From contig CAXXTB010000002.1 in NCBI GenBank assembly GCA_963676795.2, positions 256,001 through 320,000 on the forward strand: DNA of 64,000 nt, in the 5' to 3' direction. The position numbers and the translations under genes are program-made. Positions 1 to 9,359 of this stretch are shown here, one piece after another. The DNA is from Geopsychrobacteraceae bacterium (GTDB lineage Bacteria; Desulfobacterota; Desulfuromonadia; Desulfuromonadales; Geopsychrobacteraceae). Numbering within the stretch: the first letter of the stretch is position 1; each line of letters starts with the position of its first letter. A model generated the notes under the pieces. That model ran no database searches and was not told the DNA's origin. It worked only from the letters and a program-made list of their open reading frames with translations.

Positions 1-677
1 GCAAAGATGATGAGGTGATCACGGTTCTGCTTGACCCAGGGAATGAATTCATCAAGAGATGGACCGCCACCAAGAATAACGGCGGTTTTGCCGGGAAAGA
101 GATTCTCAACAATTTTGGCTGGATATCTGTTGTCGGCCATATTGTCGATCTGGCATTCCAGAAATGAACGTGATCCCAGCGAGGCTGATAGCTCGTAAGC
201 CCGGCTTTTAATTTCTCTTTGGATGGTTGCGGCGAGTTCATGGTATTGACCGATAAAATCATTGCGGGCACCAAACGATTCCCAGAAGAGCAAAGATTCC
301 TGATAGATATAACTGTCAATCAAATGGCTCTTGGCGTCAGCCCAGAATTTTTTTCGGTCGGTTATGCTGATGTTGGTTGCGATCGGATTGCTGACATTGC
401 CATAATTCAGAGCATTGTTGATTTGTTCGAGTTCGACAAAAATATATCTGTTTGAAGGGTTGCCGTAACGGTGAACAAATTCAGGTAATAACCCGGAATC
501 GGTACCGATAATGATATGGAGTTTGTCGGCTTCGGAAAAAGACGACTGAAACTGTTGTTGAAAAACGTTTTGAGCACCAAACTGGTCGAATGTATTGCGG
601 TTGACTTCGTAAAGATATCGATCCCCAAAATGATTTGTCACTAGCGAGTCTGTCCATGTCGTTTCGACCGAGGCCAT
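1..677 (-). CDS. Maf-type (MAF_flag10/DUF115) flagellin glycosyltransferase, 3'-truncated by the window edge
   Basis: Hand-translated open frame absent from the ORF track: ATG at 677, MASVETTW...LFPGKTAVILGGGPSLDEFIPWV...; the GxGPSL motif is typical; divergent from flagellin. Confidence 0.8.
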   Translation of the reverse strand, partial: MASVETTWTDSLVTNHFGDRYLYEVNRNTFDQFGAQNVFQQQFQSSFSEADKLHIIIGTDSGLLPEFVHRYGNPSNRYIFVELEQINNALNYGNVSNPIATNISITDRKKFWADAKSHLIDSYIYQESLLFWESFGARNDFIGQYHELAATIQREIKSRAYELSASLGSRSFLECQIDNMADNRYPAKIVENLFPGKTAVILGGGPSLDEFIPWVKQNRDHLIIF

Positions 678-927
678 CCAATATCCTTTTCGAAAAATAA
701 ATGAAATAAATATAAGAAAATATGAGTTGTGAGGCGAGTCAAAAATATGACAGAAGCTTCATTTTTTGACACCCTGGCCTCTTTTGTTGCGGGTTTATGG
801 CTTGAAATCCGCTCTTAAATACTATCCTTCGCAAGAACTAGCAGAGACTGTGCCAGAACCTTCGCATCGATCATCATCTTGACTGGGTAGAAAAATAAAA
901 TATGGATATATTTTTTATAAATTTTTT

Positions 928-956
928 CTAAAGTCTCCCTATATGTCAGCCGATAA
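928..956 (+). promoter_or_regulatory. sigma28 (FliA) promoter of flagellin
   Basis: CTAAAG-N15-GCCGATAA about 135 nt upstream of the fliC ATG. Confidence 0.9.
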
Positions 957-1047
957 GCAAAACAGGAAACGAGGAATTCTGTCAAAAAGGAGGTGAGAGA
1001 CGCTTTTTTTGCACTCCCCTCGAATCCAAACAAACCGGTAAATTGTA

Positions 1048-1085
1048 GGGCACGGAAGCCCGAAAACAAAAACATTCATGGAGGA
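1048..1085 (+). promoter_or_regulatory. Candidate CsrA-binding sites in the fliC leader
   Basis: Hairpin GGGC-ACGGAA-GCCC with GGA in a hexaloop; a second ATGGA overlaps the SD. Confidence 0.65.
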
Positions 1086-1090
1086 AAATC

Positions 1091-1924
1091 ATGGCTTTGA
1101 CAATTAATACTAACGTCGCTTCCCTTAATGCACAACGTAACCTGGGTAAATCCCAAAGTTCTCTGAACACTTCTATGCAGCGCCTCTCTTCTGGTCTGCG
1201 TATCAACAGCGCGAAGGATGATGCTGCCGGTCTGGCAATTTCTGACCGCATGACTTCTCAGATTCGCGGTATCAACCAAGCCGTCCGTAACGCCAACGAC
1301 GGTATCTCTGTCGCCCAGACTGCTGAAGGCGCCATGGGCGAGGTTACCAACATCCTGCAGCGTATGCGCGAACTGGCCGTTCAGTCCGCAAATGACAGCA
1401 ACAGCTCTGATGACCGTGTTTCTCTGCAGGCTGAAGTTGATGACCTGGTTGCTGAGATCGATCGTATCTCCGCAGCTACTGAGTTTAACGGAACCGCATT
1501 GCTCGACGGTTCGGGGTCAACTCTGAGCTTCCAGGTCGGAGCTGAAGGTGGTACCAGTAACCAGATCAGTATCGATGTAAGCAGTCTGGATATGTCTTCA
1601 AGTACTCTGGGAGTAGGTACTATCGATCTTGGCGCTGCAGGGAATGATGTTGAGGCCATCCTGACCTCAATCGATAGCGCTATCGGAACTGTTGATAGCT
1701 CTCGTGGTGAGCTTGGTGCGGTTCAGAACCGTTTCGAGTCGACGATCTCCAACCTCTCCAACATCTCGGAAAACGTCACCGCAGCCCGTTCGCGGATCCA
1801 GGATGCCGACATCGCTCAGGAAACTTCAAGCATGACGAAGTATAACATCCTGCAGCAGGCTGGTGTTTCAATTCTGGCCCAGGCAAACCAGTCGCCACAG
1901 CTTGCTCTGTCGCTGCTTGGTTAA
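1091..1924 (+). CDS. fliC: Flagellin
   Basis: [32 protein letters not shown]-terminal [13 protein letters not shown]. Confidence 0.98.
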   Translation: MALTINTNVASLNAQRNLGKSQSSLNTSMQRLSSGLRINSAKDDAAGLAISDRMTSQIRGINQAVRNANDGISVAQTAEGAMGEVTNILQRMRELAVQSANDSNSSDDRVSLQAEVDDLVAEIDRISAATEFNGTALLDGSGSTLSFQVGAEGGTSNQISIDVSSLDMSSSTLGVGTIDLGAAGNDVEAILTSIDSAIGTVDSSRGELGAVQNRFESTISNLSNISENVTAARSRIQDADIAQETSSMTKYNILQQAGVSILAQANQSPQLALSLLG

Positions 1925-1937
1925 TAAGGGATAGCAT

Positions 1938-1966
1938 TGGGGGCTGGGTAGCCAGCCCCCATTTTT
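1938..1966 (+). terminator. Intrinsic terminator/attenuator after fliC
   Basis: TGGGGGCTGG-gtag-CCAGCCCCCA followed by TTTTT. Confidence 0.8.
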
Positions 1967-1999
1967 CCTTGTGACTGACCACAGGGGGAGGACGAGATA

Positions 2000-2347
2000 A
2001 TGAATGTTGAAGCATTAAACTTGACAAATATCACGCAGCTTCAGACAAACCGGTCCGCAGACAAGGTTGAAGAAAACAGGAAAGAAAAAGAGAATGCATC
2101 TCAGGCGGATCTGCAGGAGAAAGGTCAGGTTCAGTCTGAAGAGCTGCTTTCTCAGATCAAGTCTTTGACTGAGGATGGTCTTTACAGTGTGCGTTTTGAA
2201 AATGATAACGAAGCCGGTGAGCTGATCGTGAAAGTTGTCGATCGGGAAACCGACGAGGTTATCAGGCAGATCCCGCCGGAAGAACTTCTCGACCTGACCA
2301 AGCGGCTGCAGGATCTGCGTGGCAATATCGTTAATACGCAAAGTTGA
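2000..2347 (+). CDS. flaG: FlaG family protein
   Basis: VKVVDRETDEVIRQIPPEELL motif; lies between fliC and fliD. Confidence 0.92.
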   Translation: MNVEALNLTNITQLQTNRSADKVEENRKEKENASQADLQEKGQVQSEELLSQIKSLTEDGLYSVRFENDNEAGELIVKVVDRETDEVIRQIPPEELLDLTKRLQDLRGNIVNTQS

Positions 2348-2375
2348 TGGGCTTTTTGGTTAGTGGAGAAGGACT

Positions 2376-3704
2376 ATGGCGATTACCTTTAGTGGTCTTG
2401 CGAGCGGAATAGATACGGACTCTATCGTTACGGAATTGATGGCGCTTGAGCGTGCTCCGATCGATCGTCTGGAAAATGATAAAGCCTACTACCAGAATCG
2501 CCTGAAAGCTTTTTCCAGTTTGGAAACAAAACTGAACGATCTTGCCCAGAAAGCCGAGGCAATCGATACCGAAGTTGAGCTCAGTTCGTATTCTGTCAAC
2601 AGCAATTCAGAGGAATACCTTTCGTTGACAACCGATGGCCGGGCTCAGGCCGGGTCCTATCAGCTGACAGTTGTCGATCTGGCTCAGCAGCAGAAGGACG
2701 TCAGCCAGGGCTACGCCAGCAAGTCAGAGGAGACCCTCGGTACGGGGTCGATCAGCTTGACCGTTGGTGGGACTGCCCATCAGCTGCTCATCGAAGAGGG
2801 CGACAATTCTCTGGAAGGGCTCGCCAGTGCCATCAATGAGGCCGATCTGGGTGTCGGTGCTGCAATCATCAACGATGGAACCGGAACTCCGTATCGTTTG
2901 GTGCTGACCGGTGCAAGCGTTACTGATAGTTTTTCTCTGGATTCTTCCGGTTTGGCCGGAGGGACGGTGGCCGGTCCGACGATGTCTAATGTCCAGCCCG
3001 CTCAGCAGGCTCACATCCGCCTGGATGGAATAGATATCTACAGCGACAGCAATTCTGTCGACAGCGCTGTCCCCGGCATGACCTTCGAACTGATGAAGGC
3101 TGACGAGACAGCCACGACGACGATCAATGTGTCGGCAAATACGGAAGATACGACAGCCAAGATCAATGATTTTGTCAAGTCGTACAACTCGGTCATCACC
3201 TTCATTGCCGATCAAAGTGATGCCAGCTGGAGTAACGATCCGGCCTTCCGTTCCGTGAAGCGTCAGATGCAGAGCATGTTGACGACTCAGGTTGGCAGCG
3301 GAACCCTGACGAGTCTTTCTCAGCTTGGTTTTGAGACCAAGCGTGACGGTCAGATCTCCGTGAACAGTTCAAAATTGACGGAAGCCCTGAGCGATAACTT
3401 CTCTGATGTGGTCACTTTGTTTGCAGGAACTGGCAGTGAAGACGGAATCAGTTCGATGTTTTCCACGTTCCTGGATGAGATGACCGATTCGGTTAGCGGA
3501 CTCTATGCGACAAGAAAAAAATCGACGGATAGCAATATCCGCAGGATCGATTTGCGCATCGATCTCATGGAAGTCCGGATGGATAAAAAAGAGCAGAGTT
3601 TACGTTCACAGTTTTCCGCCATGGAAGAGCTTGTGAACGGTTTGAATGCTCAGGGTAATTATATGCTGCAGCAGCTTTCAGCCTTAAGTCTGAGCGGATC
3701 CTGA
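2376..3704 (+). CDS. fliD: Flagellar filament cap protein
   Basis: ITFSGLASGIDTDSIV N-terminus; QFSAME C-terminus. Confidence 0.95.
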   Translation: MAITFSGLASGIDTDSIVTELMALERAPIDRLENDKAYYQNRLKAFSSLETKLNDLAQKAEAIDTEVELSSYSVNSNSEEYLSLTTDGRAQAGSYQLTVVDLAQQQKDVSQGYASKSEETLGTGSISLTVGGTAHQLLIEEGDNSLEGLASAINEADLGVGAAIINDGTGTPYRLVLTGASVTDSFSLDSSGLAGGTVAGPTMSNVQPAQQAHIRLDGIDIYSDSNSVDSAVPGMTFELMKADETATTTINVSANTEDTTAKINDFVKSYNSVITFIADQSDASWSNDPAFRSVKRQMQSMLTTQVGSGTLTSLSQLGFETKRDGQISVNSSKLTEALSDNFSDVVTLFAGTGSEDGISSMFSTFLDEMTDSVSGLYATRKKSTDSNIRRIDLRIDLMEVRMDKKEQSLRSQFSAMEELVNGLNAQGNYMLQQLSALSLSGS

Positions 3705-3754
3705 TCCGGAGACATAGAGAGTTCGCCCATATATTTTTGTAGGAGAATCTCAGA

Positions 3755-4183
3755 ATGAATGCATATTCAAATCATTATAAAAACAATCAAGTCTTAACCG
3801 CGTCTCCTGAGCAGATTCTGATTATGCTCTTTGACGGTGCGATCCGTTTTGTCCGTCAGGCAGGGTTTGCGATTGAGGAAGGGCGTCCGGCTGATAAGGC
3901 AAAAGCGCTCAGTAAGGCGATGGCTATCGTTACCGAGTTCTCCAACACTTTGGATCACGAAGTTGGTGGTGAAATAGCTGCTGATCTGAGCCGTCTTTAC
4001 GATTTTGTGATCAGGGAGCTCTCAGCGGTCAACGCGGGAAACGATGCAAGGCGACTCGCACCGGTTGAAAAGGTTCTTCTTGATCTGCGCGAAGGCTTTG
4101 CCGGTGCGGTCGAAGCGAATCGTCAGGGGCAAGCTCCCCCCCCCGTCGCAGGAAATGAAAAGCGCATTGCGGCCTCCTTCTGA
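3755..4183 (+). CDS. fliS: Flagellin export chaperone
   Basis: TASPEQILIMLFDGAIRF; GGEIAADLSRLYDF. Confidence 0.95.
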   Translation: MNAYSNHYKNNQVLTASPEQILIMLFDGAIRFVRQAGFAIEEGRPADKAKALSKAMAIVTEFSNTLDHEVGGEIAADLSRLYDFVIRELSAVNAGNDARRLAPVEKVLLDLREGFAGAVEANRQGQAPPPVAGNEKRIAASF

Positions 4184-4199
4184 AACTTATGGTGCTGTC

Positions 4200-4601
4200 A
4201 TGGAAGACTGCCTGAGAAAATCTGTCGAACAGTATCGACAAATTGTTGAGCATGCCGAAAAGCTCGAAGCTCTGCTGAAGAAAGCCGAGCCTGAGCTGTT
4301 GCGTGACTATACCCTGAAGCTGCGTCAGCTGCAGGACGAAGCGACTGCTCATGATCAGGAGTTCTTCACGGTTTTTTCTCAGCATTCCGAAGAGCTGAAA
4401 ACTCATCCGCTGTTTGTTGAGCGCACCGAGCTGCTCGATAAAATTGTTAAGCTGAATCAATTGATCTTGCCGCGAATCCGTGGCATGATGGCCGTTACCG
4501 CTCATGAACTGTCGCAAATCAAAGGTGGGCGCACGGCGGTTGCCGGCTACCACCAGCCCCTTTCGAAAAGCAAAAGCAAGGCAGTGCGGGGGATCGGTTA
4601 A
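4200..4601 (+). CDS. Helical FliT/FlgN-like flagellar chaperone (putative)
   Basis: 133-aa helical protein directly after fliS ending ...AVAGY...; ATG at 4200 preferred over the overlapping 4044 start. Confidence 0.6.
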   Translation: MEDCLRKSVEQYRQIVEHAEKLEALLKKAEPELLRDYTLKLRQLQDEATAHDQEFFTVFSQHSEELKTHPLFVERTELLDKIVKLNQLILPRIRGMMAVTAHELSQIKGGRTAVAGYHQPLSKSKSKAVRGIG

Positions 4602-4661
4602 CCCCTGCCAGGTGCGTGAGCGGATTCACTGATTTCATATGTTTTTCATTTGAATTGAAAA

Positions 4662-5339
4662 TTGGCGAATTCACTTATGTCCATTCTTGATTATTTAAAA
4701 GATTATCGTGTTGTCAGGGTGCAGTTGCCCCTGCTCGATGGCAAGCTGCTGGGCCTTGACGGTGTCGCCAAACTGACTGAGACACCCAGGTTCGAAGTGA
4801 CCTTTCTTCCCGATCAACTCAATCTCGACCAGCTGGATATGCGCGGATTCTGCCGTGTGACCTATGATGTCGTTGGGGTCGACAAGACCCTCAAGGCGCG
4901 TATCGACTCAAGCCTAAGCGATGTCAAACTGCTGCTTGAGATGGTCGATACCTTCGCCTTTGTCCAGAAACGGGAATATTTCAGGGTTGATGCCGACCTG
5001 TCGGTCAGCTACTGGCTGGCGGATTCGGAGAATCCCCAGGCCCGTTCCGTGCAGACTCCGGTGAATATCAGCGGCGGCGGGATGCGTTTTCCTGTCCCGG
5101 AAACATTCGCTCCCGGAACCCGGGTCGGACTTGAGGTGGTTATCGATTCTCCCCTGCCAGCTGTTGTTGAGTGCGTTGCTGAAGTTGTCGGAACCCATGA
5201 TCTTGGCGGCGAAAAACAGATGGCACTGAAATACGTTGACATCGAGGAGGAGGGGCAGGATGCCATTATCGCCTACTGTCTTGCTGAGCAGCGCAAGCAG
5301 TTGCGCCTCAAGGTCAAGGTTATGGGGCAGGTGGTCTGA
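4662..5339 (+). CDS. PilZ-domain c-di-GMP receptor (flagellar brake-like)
   Basis: QKREYFRV (RxxxR) and NISGGG (D/NxSxxG); start may be ATG 4677. Confidence 0.88.
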   Translation: MANSLMSILDYLKDYRVVRVQLPLLDGKLLGLDGVAKLTETPRFEVTFLPDQLNLDQLDMRGFCRVTYDVVGVDKTLKARIDSSLSDVKLLLEMVDTFAFVQKREYFRVDADLSVSYWLADSENPQARSVQTPVNISGGGMRFPVPETFAPGTRVGLEVVIDSPLPAVVECVAEVVGTHDLGGEKQMALKYVDIEEEGQDAIIAYCLAEQRKQLRLKVKVMGQVV

Positions 5340-5361
5340 GATCTGCGGATCGTCCGGAAAT

Positions 5362-5400
5362 AAAAAAGCCTGTTGTTTGTTGAAAACAACAGGCTTTTTG
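5362..5400. terminator. Bidirectional terminator
   Basis: AAAAAAGCCTGTTGTTT...AAACAACAGGCTTTTT between convergent genes. Confidence 0.8.
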
Positions 5401-5420
5401 TGTCTTTACGCCAAGCTCTT

Positions 5421-6410
5421 TCACTGCCCGTAGGCAAGCTGGGGCGATGTCAGTCCCTGATAGGAGATCCGGTTCTGGCGGACGCCGAAGACATCGCTTC
5501 CACGGAGCTTTTCGGTGCGGTTGCGGCCGTTTCGTTTGGCCTGATAGAGGGCCTGATCGGCGTTGTGGAGCAGCTTCGACGGGGTGTGGCTGCCCAGCAG
5601 ATCGCTGCCGCTGATGCCGATGCTGACGGTAACCGGTTCCATGAGGCCAAGCTGTCGGTAGGGGAGCTCTTTCAGGCAGCGATGAATCCGCCGGGCCAGA
5701 ACCTCGGCATTTTTTGCACAGGTATCGGGCAGGATAACGGCAAATTCTTCACCGCCGTAGCGGCAGCAGATGTCCGATTCCCTGGCTGCCTCGGCAATGA
5801 TCCGAGCTGTTTTCTGCAGGACGATGTCGCCGGCCTGATGGCCGTAGGTGTCGTTGACCTTCTTGAAGTGGTCCAGGTCGATCATCAGCAGTGAGATGTC
5901 CGAGTTGTTGCGCTGGGAATAGGCTGAAACCTGTTTGATGTTGAGATCAAAAGTCGCCCGGTTACCGAGACCGGTGAGAGGATCGGTCAGGGCCATCTTC
6001 TGGAGTTTTTCCTGGGTCTTGCGCAGTTCAAGCAGACGGTTCCAGCGTTGCAGGTGGCAGTTCATACGGGCAATCAGTTCCTGATTGTCGATGGTCAGTG
6101 AAAGTGCGTCACTGGCACCCAGCTCAAAGCTGTTGAGCAGACTTTTCTGGTCTTTGGCAAAGGCGATCAACGGCAGGTCGTGCCATTCGTCCTGAGCCTG
6201 AAGCCGGTTGATCCACTCGTGCTGACAGTCGGTCTTTTCCATGATCCAGCAGATGATATCGGCGCGCCTGGTTTTCAGGTATTGAAAAATAGCAGGGACC
6301 GATGCCATCGGTTTGATCTGGCGGAACAAACCGGTTGCCCTGAGGCGATCGACCAGATGGCTCTTTTGTAGATTGTCGGTGGCAAATACCAGTGCTGTAG
6401 AGTTTGTCAT
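5421..6410 (-). CDS. Diguanylate cyclase with degenerate N-terminal receiver domain
   Basis: TDPLTGLGNR, DLDHFKKVND, RESD I-site, RYGGEEF. Confidence 0.93.
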   Translation of the reverse strand: MTNSTALVFATDNLQKSHLVDRLRATGLFRQIKPMASVPAIFQYLKTRRADIICWIMEKTDCQHEWINRLQAQDEWHDLPLIAFAKDQKSLLNSFELGASDALSLTIDNQELIARMNCHLQRWNRLLELRKTQEKLQKMALTDPLTGLGNRATFDLNIKQVSAYSQRNNSDISLLMIDLDHFKKVNDTYGHQAGDIVLQKTARIIAEAARESDICCRYGGEEFAVILPDTCAKNAEVLARRIHRCLKELPYRQLGLMEPVTVSIGISGSDLLGSHTPSKLLHNADQALYQAKRNGRNRTEKLRGSDVFGVRQNRISYQGLTSPQLAYGQ

Positions 6411-6461
6411 ATGGCATCCTTCGAAGCTCGCAGGTCGTTAACATTGACCGCTGATATCAAT

Positions 6462-6490
6462 CTATCGGCTTTTGGTCCCGGCTTCTTTAG
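6462..6490 (-). promoter_or_regulatory. sigma28 promoter of the diguanylate cyclase
   Basis: Minus strand CTAAAG-N15-GCCGATAG, same spacing as the fliC promoter. Confidence 0.85.
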
Positions 6491-6583
6491 CGTTTCAGCG
6501 ATATTTTTCCGGCGACTGCGGGTTTTGTCAGTATCTTTGGCAGGATGGATAAACTAATATGAGGAAGTGGACGATATGGGCCT

Positions 6584-8350
6584 ATGACAACTGTGAATCC
6601 AAACATACCAGTCAACCTGTTTGTCTCTCATCTGGCTGATGCCGGGCATCGTCCCGAAGATCGTCAGTTGGGGTTGCGTATCGATCAGGTTGTGCAGGCG
6701 ACAGTCGTTGATGGTGGTCTCGATAAGCTGCTCGAGTTCAATCAGCAGTATTTCAAGCTGGACACCGATGTCGATTTGAAGGTCGGACAGAATCTGTTGT
6801 TGCAGGTTCTGCAGACGGACCCGCACCTGGAATTCAAGGTCCTGCCGCGTGGACTTGACGAACGGCTGGCTCAGTTGCTGCCACTCCTGACCAGGGCTTA
6901 TGACTGGCAGGGGGCGGTCGAGAAAGGTTCCGGTCTGGAAAATTTGCCGCAGCTTCGCCAGCAGCTTGTGCAACTGTTGAATTTTGCCGGGACCATGCCA
7001 CCCGCCCTGAGACAGGACATCTCCCAGCTGGGTGCAGGGCTTTCCGCTCTGCTGCCGCGCACCCAGCCGATCAACGTCTTTTCAGCGCAGCCGCCACAAT
7101 TCGCCCAATCCACCCAAACTACCAGTTTTTCTTCCTGGCCACCGGGAACTCAGCTGCCGGAAAGCATTACCGCTTTTAAGGGATTTATCGAGAATCTTGC
7201 CGTCCAGGTGGCCAGCTTGCCCCGGGACGCCTCGTTATCTGTGCCCCGACAGTGGTATGCGGAAACCCGCAGGCTTATGGAACAGGCGCTTGAGTTGCCA
7301 AGGCCTGCTTCGGCATTGTTGCCTCAAATGACGGTGTTGCTGACCCGAATTCAGAATCATCCTGCTGTATCGCCATTGTTATCTCAGGATATAGACCGCC
7401 TGATCCAGGCTCTGGATCCCAGATCTCAACAGCCGATCGAACGTCGCTCCGGCGATCCGCAAACAGTTATAACCTCCGGTCGGGACACGAGTGCTCCTGT
7501 GACAGGAACTCCGCCAGCTGGTTCTATGGCCGATACCCTGCCTGCAGGTCCGAGGGCGGCGCTGTCCCAGGTCGATCAGCAGATACGCGACCTGGTGGCG
7601 AAGCTCGAGCCCCTGCTCGCGCAGAAACAGGGGCTGTCGCCTGAGCTGCTCGGGCGGCTTGAGGGGATGCTGGAACGCTTTAATCAGCTTGGTGAGCAGA
7701 AGGGGCTCCCTCTGAAAGAACTGGAGGTTGTCGCCAACCTGACGCATCTGGTGCAGTTGGCTCACCAGACTGCCCTCCCCCCGGATGGGAAACCTTTGGG
7801 AGTCCTTGCCCAGCTGTTTGGCTTTCATCTCGAACGGCAGCTGCTGGAGAATAAGTTGAAGGATGCTCTGGCGACTCTTAAGGCCGCTTTGCTTAAAGGC
7901 GGGGGGGAAGAGTCTGGCGATAGCGATGAGCCGCTCAGGCGGATTGAGCTTTTTCAATTGTGCAAATCGCGCCTGGCCGAAGAAAATGTGCTGTTTTTGC
8001 CACTGCCTTTTGCTGAGCTGGAAGAGGGTTATCTGCTCGCCGAACGTGGCAGAGGCGCTGCGGAGGAGGGGGGAGCTCCACTGATGATGTCGATTTCGCT
8101 GCGTCTTTCGGCCTTGGGCAATATGCGGATCGATATGCTCTATGGGCAGGGGGGGCTGCAGCTGCGGCTGGCCTGTGAGAATCGAGACAAGATGGCCTAT
8201 GTGCAGGGTGCCGAACCCGAACTGCGTGAAGGGCTGCAGTCGGTTCCTCTGCAGGGGGTCAGTTTTGCTATGGATGCCCGCCTGCCGGCCCGGCAACTCA
8301 GTGAACGGCTCAATCCCGGTTCCCGTAACCTGCTCGATGAGAGGATCTGA
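6584..8350 (+). CDS. FliK-like (YlqG-like) protein
   Basis: Long L/Q/P-rich body; C-terminal FLPLP...ISLRLSALGNMRIDM FliK-C-like region; coupled to the FlhB-C-like gene. Confidence 0.65.
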   Translation: MTTVNPNIPVNLFVSHLADAGHRPEDRQLGLRIDQVVQATVVDGGLDKLLEFNQQYFKLDTDVDLKVGQNLLLQVLQTDPHLEFKVLPRGLDERLAQLLPLLTRAYDWQGAVEKGSGLENLPQLRQQLVQLLNFAGTMPPALRQDISQLGAGLSALLPRTQPINVFSAQPPQFAQSTQTTSFSSWPPGTQLPESITAFKGFIENLAVQVASLPRDASLSVPRQWYAETRRLMEQALELPRPASALLPQMTVLLTRIQNHPAVSPLLSQDIDRLIQALDPRSQQPIERRSGDPQTVITSGRDTSAPVTGTPPAGSMADTLPAGPRAALSQVDQQIRDLVAKLEPLLAQKQGLSPELLGRLEGMLERFNQLGEQKGLPLKELEVVANLTHLVQLAHQTALPPDGKPLGVLAQLFGFHLERQLLENKLKDALATLKAALLKGGGEESGDSDEPLRRIELFQLCKSRLAEENVLFLPLPFAELEEGYLLAERGRGAAEEGGAPLMMSISLRLSALGNMRIDMLYGQGGLQLRLACENRDKMAYVQGAEPELREGLQSVPLQGVSFAMDARLPARQLSERLNPGSRNLLDERI

Positions 8351-8673
8351 TGCTCGATAAGAAAAAAGTCCAGCCGCAGGCTGTCGCTCTGCGTTATGAC
8401 AAGAGTAGCGCATCGATCCCAAAGGTTGTTGCCGCCGGCCGCGGCGAACTCGCCGAGCAGATCATCGCGGCAGCCCGGGAGGCGGGAATCGATATTGTCG
8501 AGGATCCGGATCTGATGGAGGTCTTGGCCCGGATTCCGCTGAATGATGAAATCCCTGAGGAATTGTTTCAGGCTATCGCTGAGATTCTGGCTTTTGTTTA
8601 CCGGATCAACGGCCGTTACGCTTCGAGTCAGATGGACGTGGATGCGGCTGATCTGATGCCGGCAACCGACTGA
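8350..8673 (+). CDS. Stand-alone FlhB C-terminal-like (EscU/YscU/HrcU, YlqH-type) protein
   Basis: AVALRYD...PKVVAAGRGELAEQII...IPEELFQAIAEILAFVY. Confidence 0.92.
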   Translation: MLDKKKVQPQAVALRYDKSSASIPKVVAAGRGELAEQIIAAAREAGIDIVEDPDLMEVLARIPLNDEIPEELFQAIAEILAFVYRINGRYASSQMDVDAADLMPATD

Positions 8674-8759
8674 CAGGTGGCTGACAATTTTAGGGTTCGG
8701 TTTTGATAGAAAAAAGTCTTTACAGCCCGGGGGCGATTGGGGTAATGTCTGCACCCTGC

Positions 8760-8847
<88 letters not shown>

Positions 8848-8858
8848 GATTATATTTC

Positions 8859-8976
8859 GGCAGATGAAAACGACGCGTCTGCTTCGTTCCCTTCGCCTTT
8901 CGGCAACGCCGTACCTGATGTACGTCTTATGCCGAAACGCTTCAGGCGCCTCGCATCCACACCGTTTTGATCTGCC
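8859..8976. repeat. ~120-bp imperfect palindromic intergenic element
   Basis: Ends GGCAGATGAAAACG/CGTTTTGATCTGCC, inner TTTCGGCA/TGCCGAAA; shares motifs with 48406-48530. Confidence 0.65.
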
Positions 8977-9172
8977 CAGATACTGTCGAGTAAAATTGTA
9001 AGTCTGTATTGTATATGCAGAAACTCTATAGGCGAATCAATAACCGTCAGATGCAAGGCCTTGAGCGGAAAACAAGCTAAGTCGCACCGAAAGGTGCGTC
9101 GTGATTGTTTTTTGCGAGATAACCAAGCAGGTGACGTTTTTCATTCGTCCTGATATTATATCCCGGTCCGTG

Positions 9173-9302
9173 TTGCCGGTAGAAGTGACAGCCGGGTCCC
9201 GCGCAACGAGCGGCCGTGAACCCCGTCAGGCCCGGAAGGGAGCAGCGGTAACGGTACTGCTTGTGTGCCGCGGGGGTGCCTGGCTGTCACTTGTACCGGC
9301 AA
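9173..9302 (+). ncRNA. ffs: Small SRP RNA (4.5S type)
   Basis: CCGTCAGGCCCGGAAGGGAGCAGCGG domain IV core within a long closing helix; upstream of dnaX; mature ends approximate. Confidence 0.95.
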
Positions 9303-9359
9303 TTTGTTTTTTGTCCGACCTTATCCCCATGATCGATGCAGATTGCTGCGGAGGGTTTC

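Noticed and set aside
9040..9100. c-di-GMP-I (GEMM) riboswitch at the GCACC-GAAA-GGTGC hairpin
   Set aside because: Lacks the GGCAAAC/GACGCAAAGC context and the second stem
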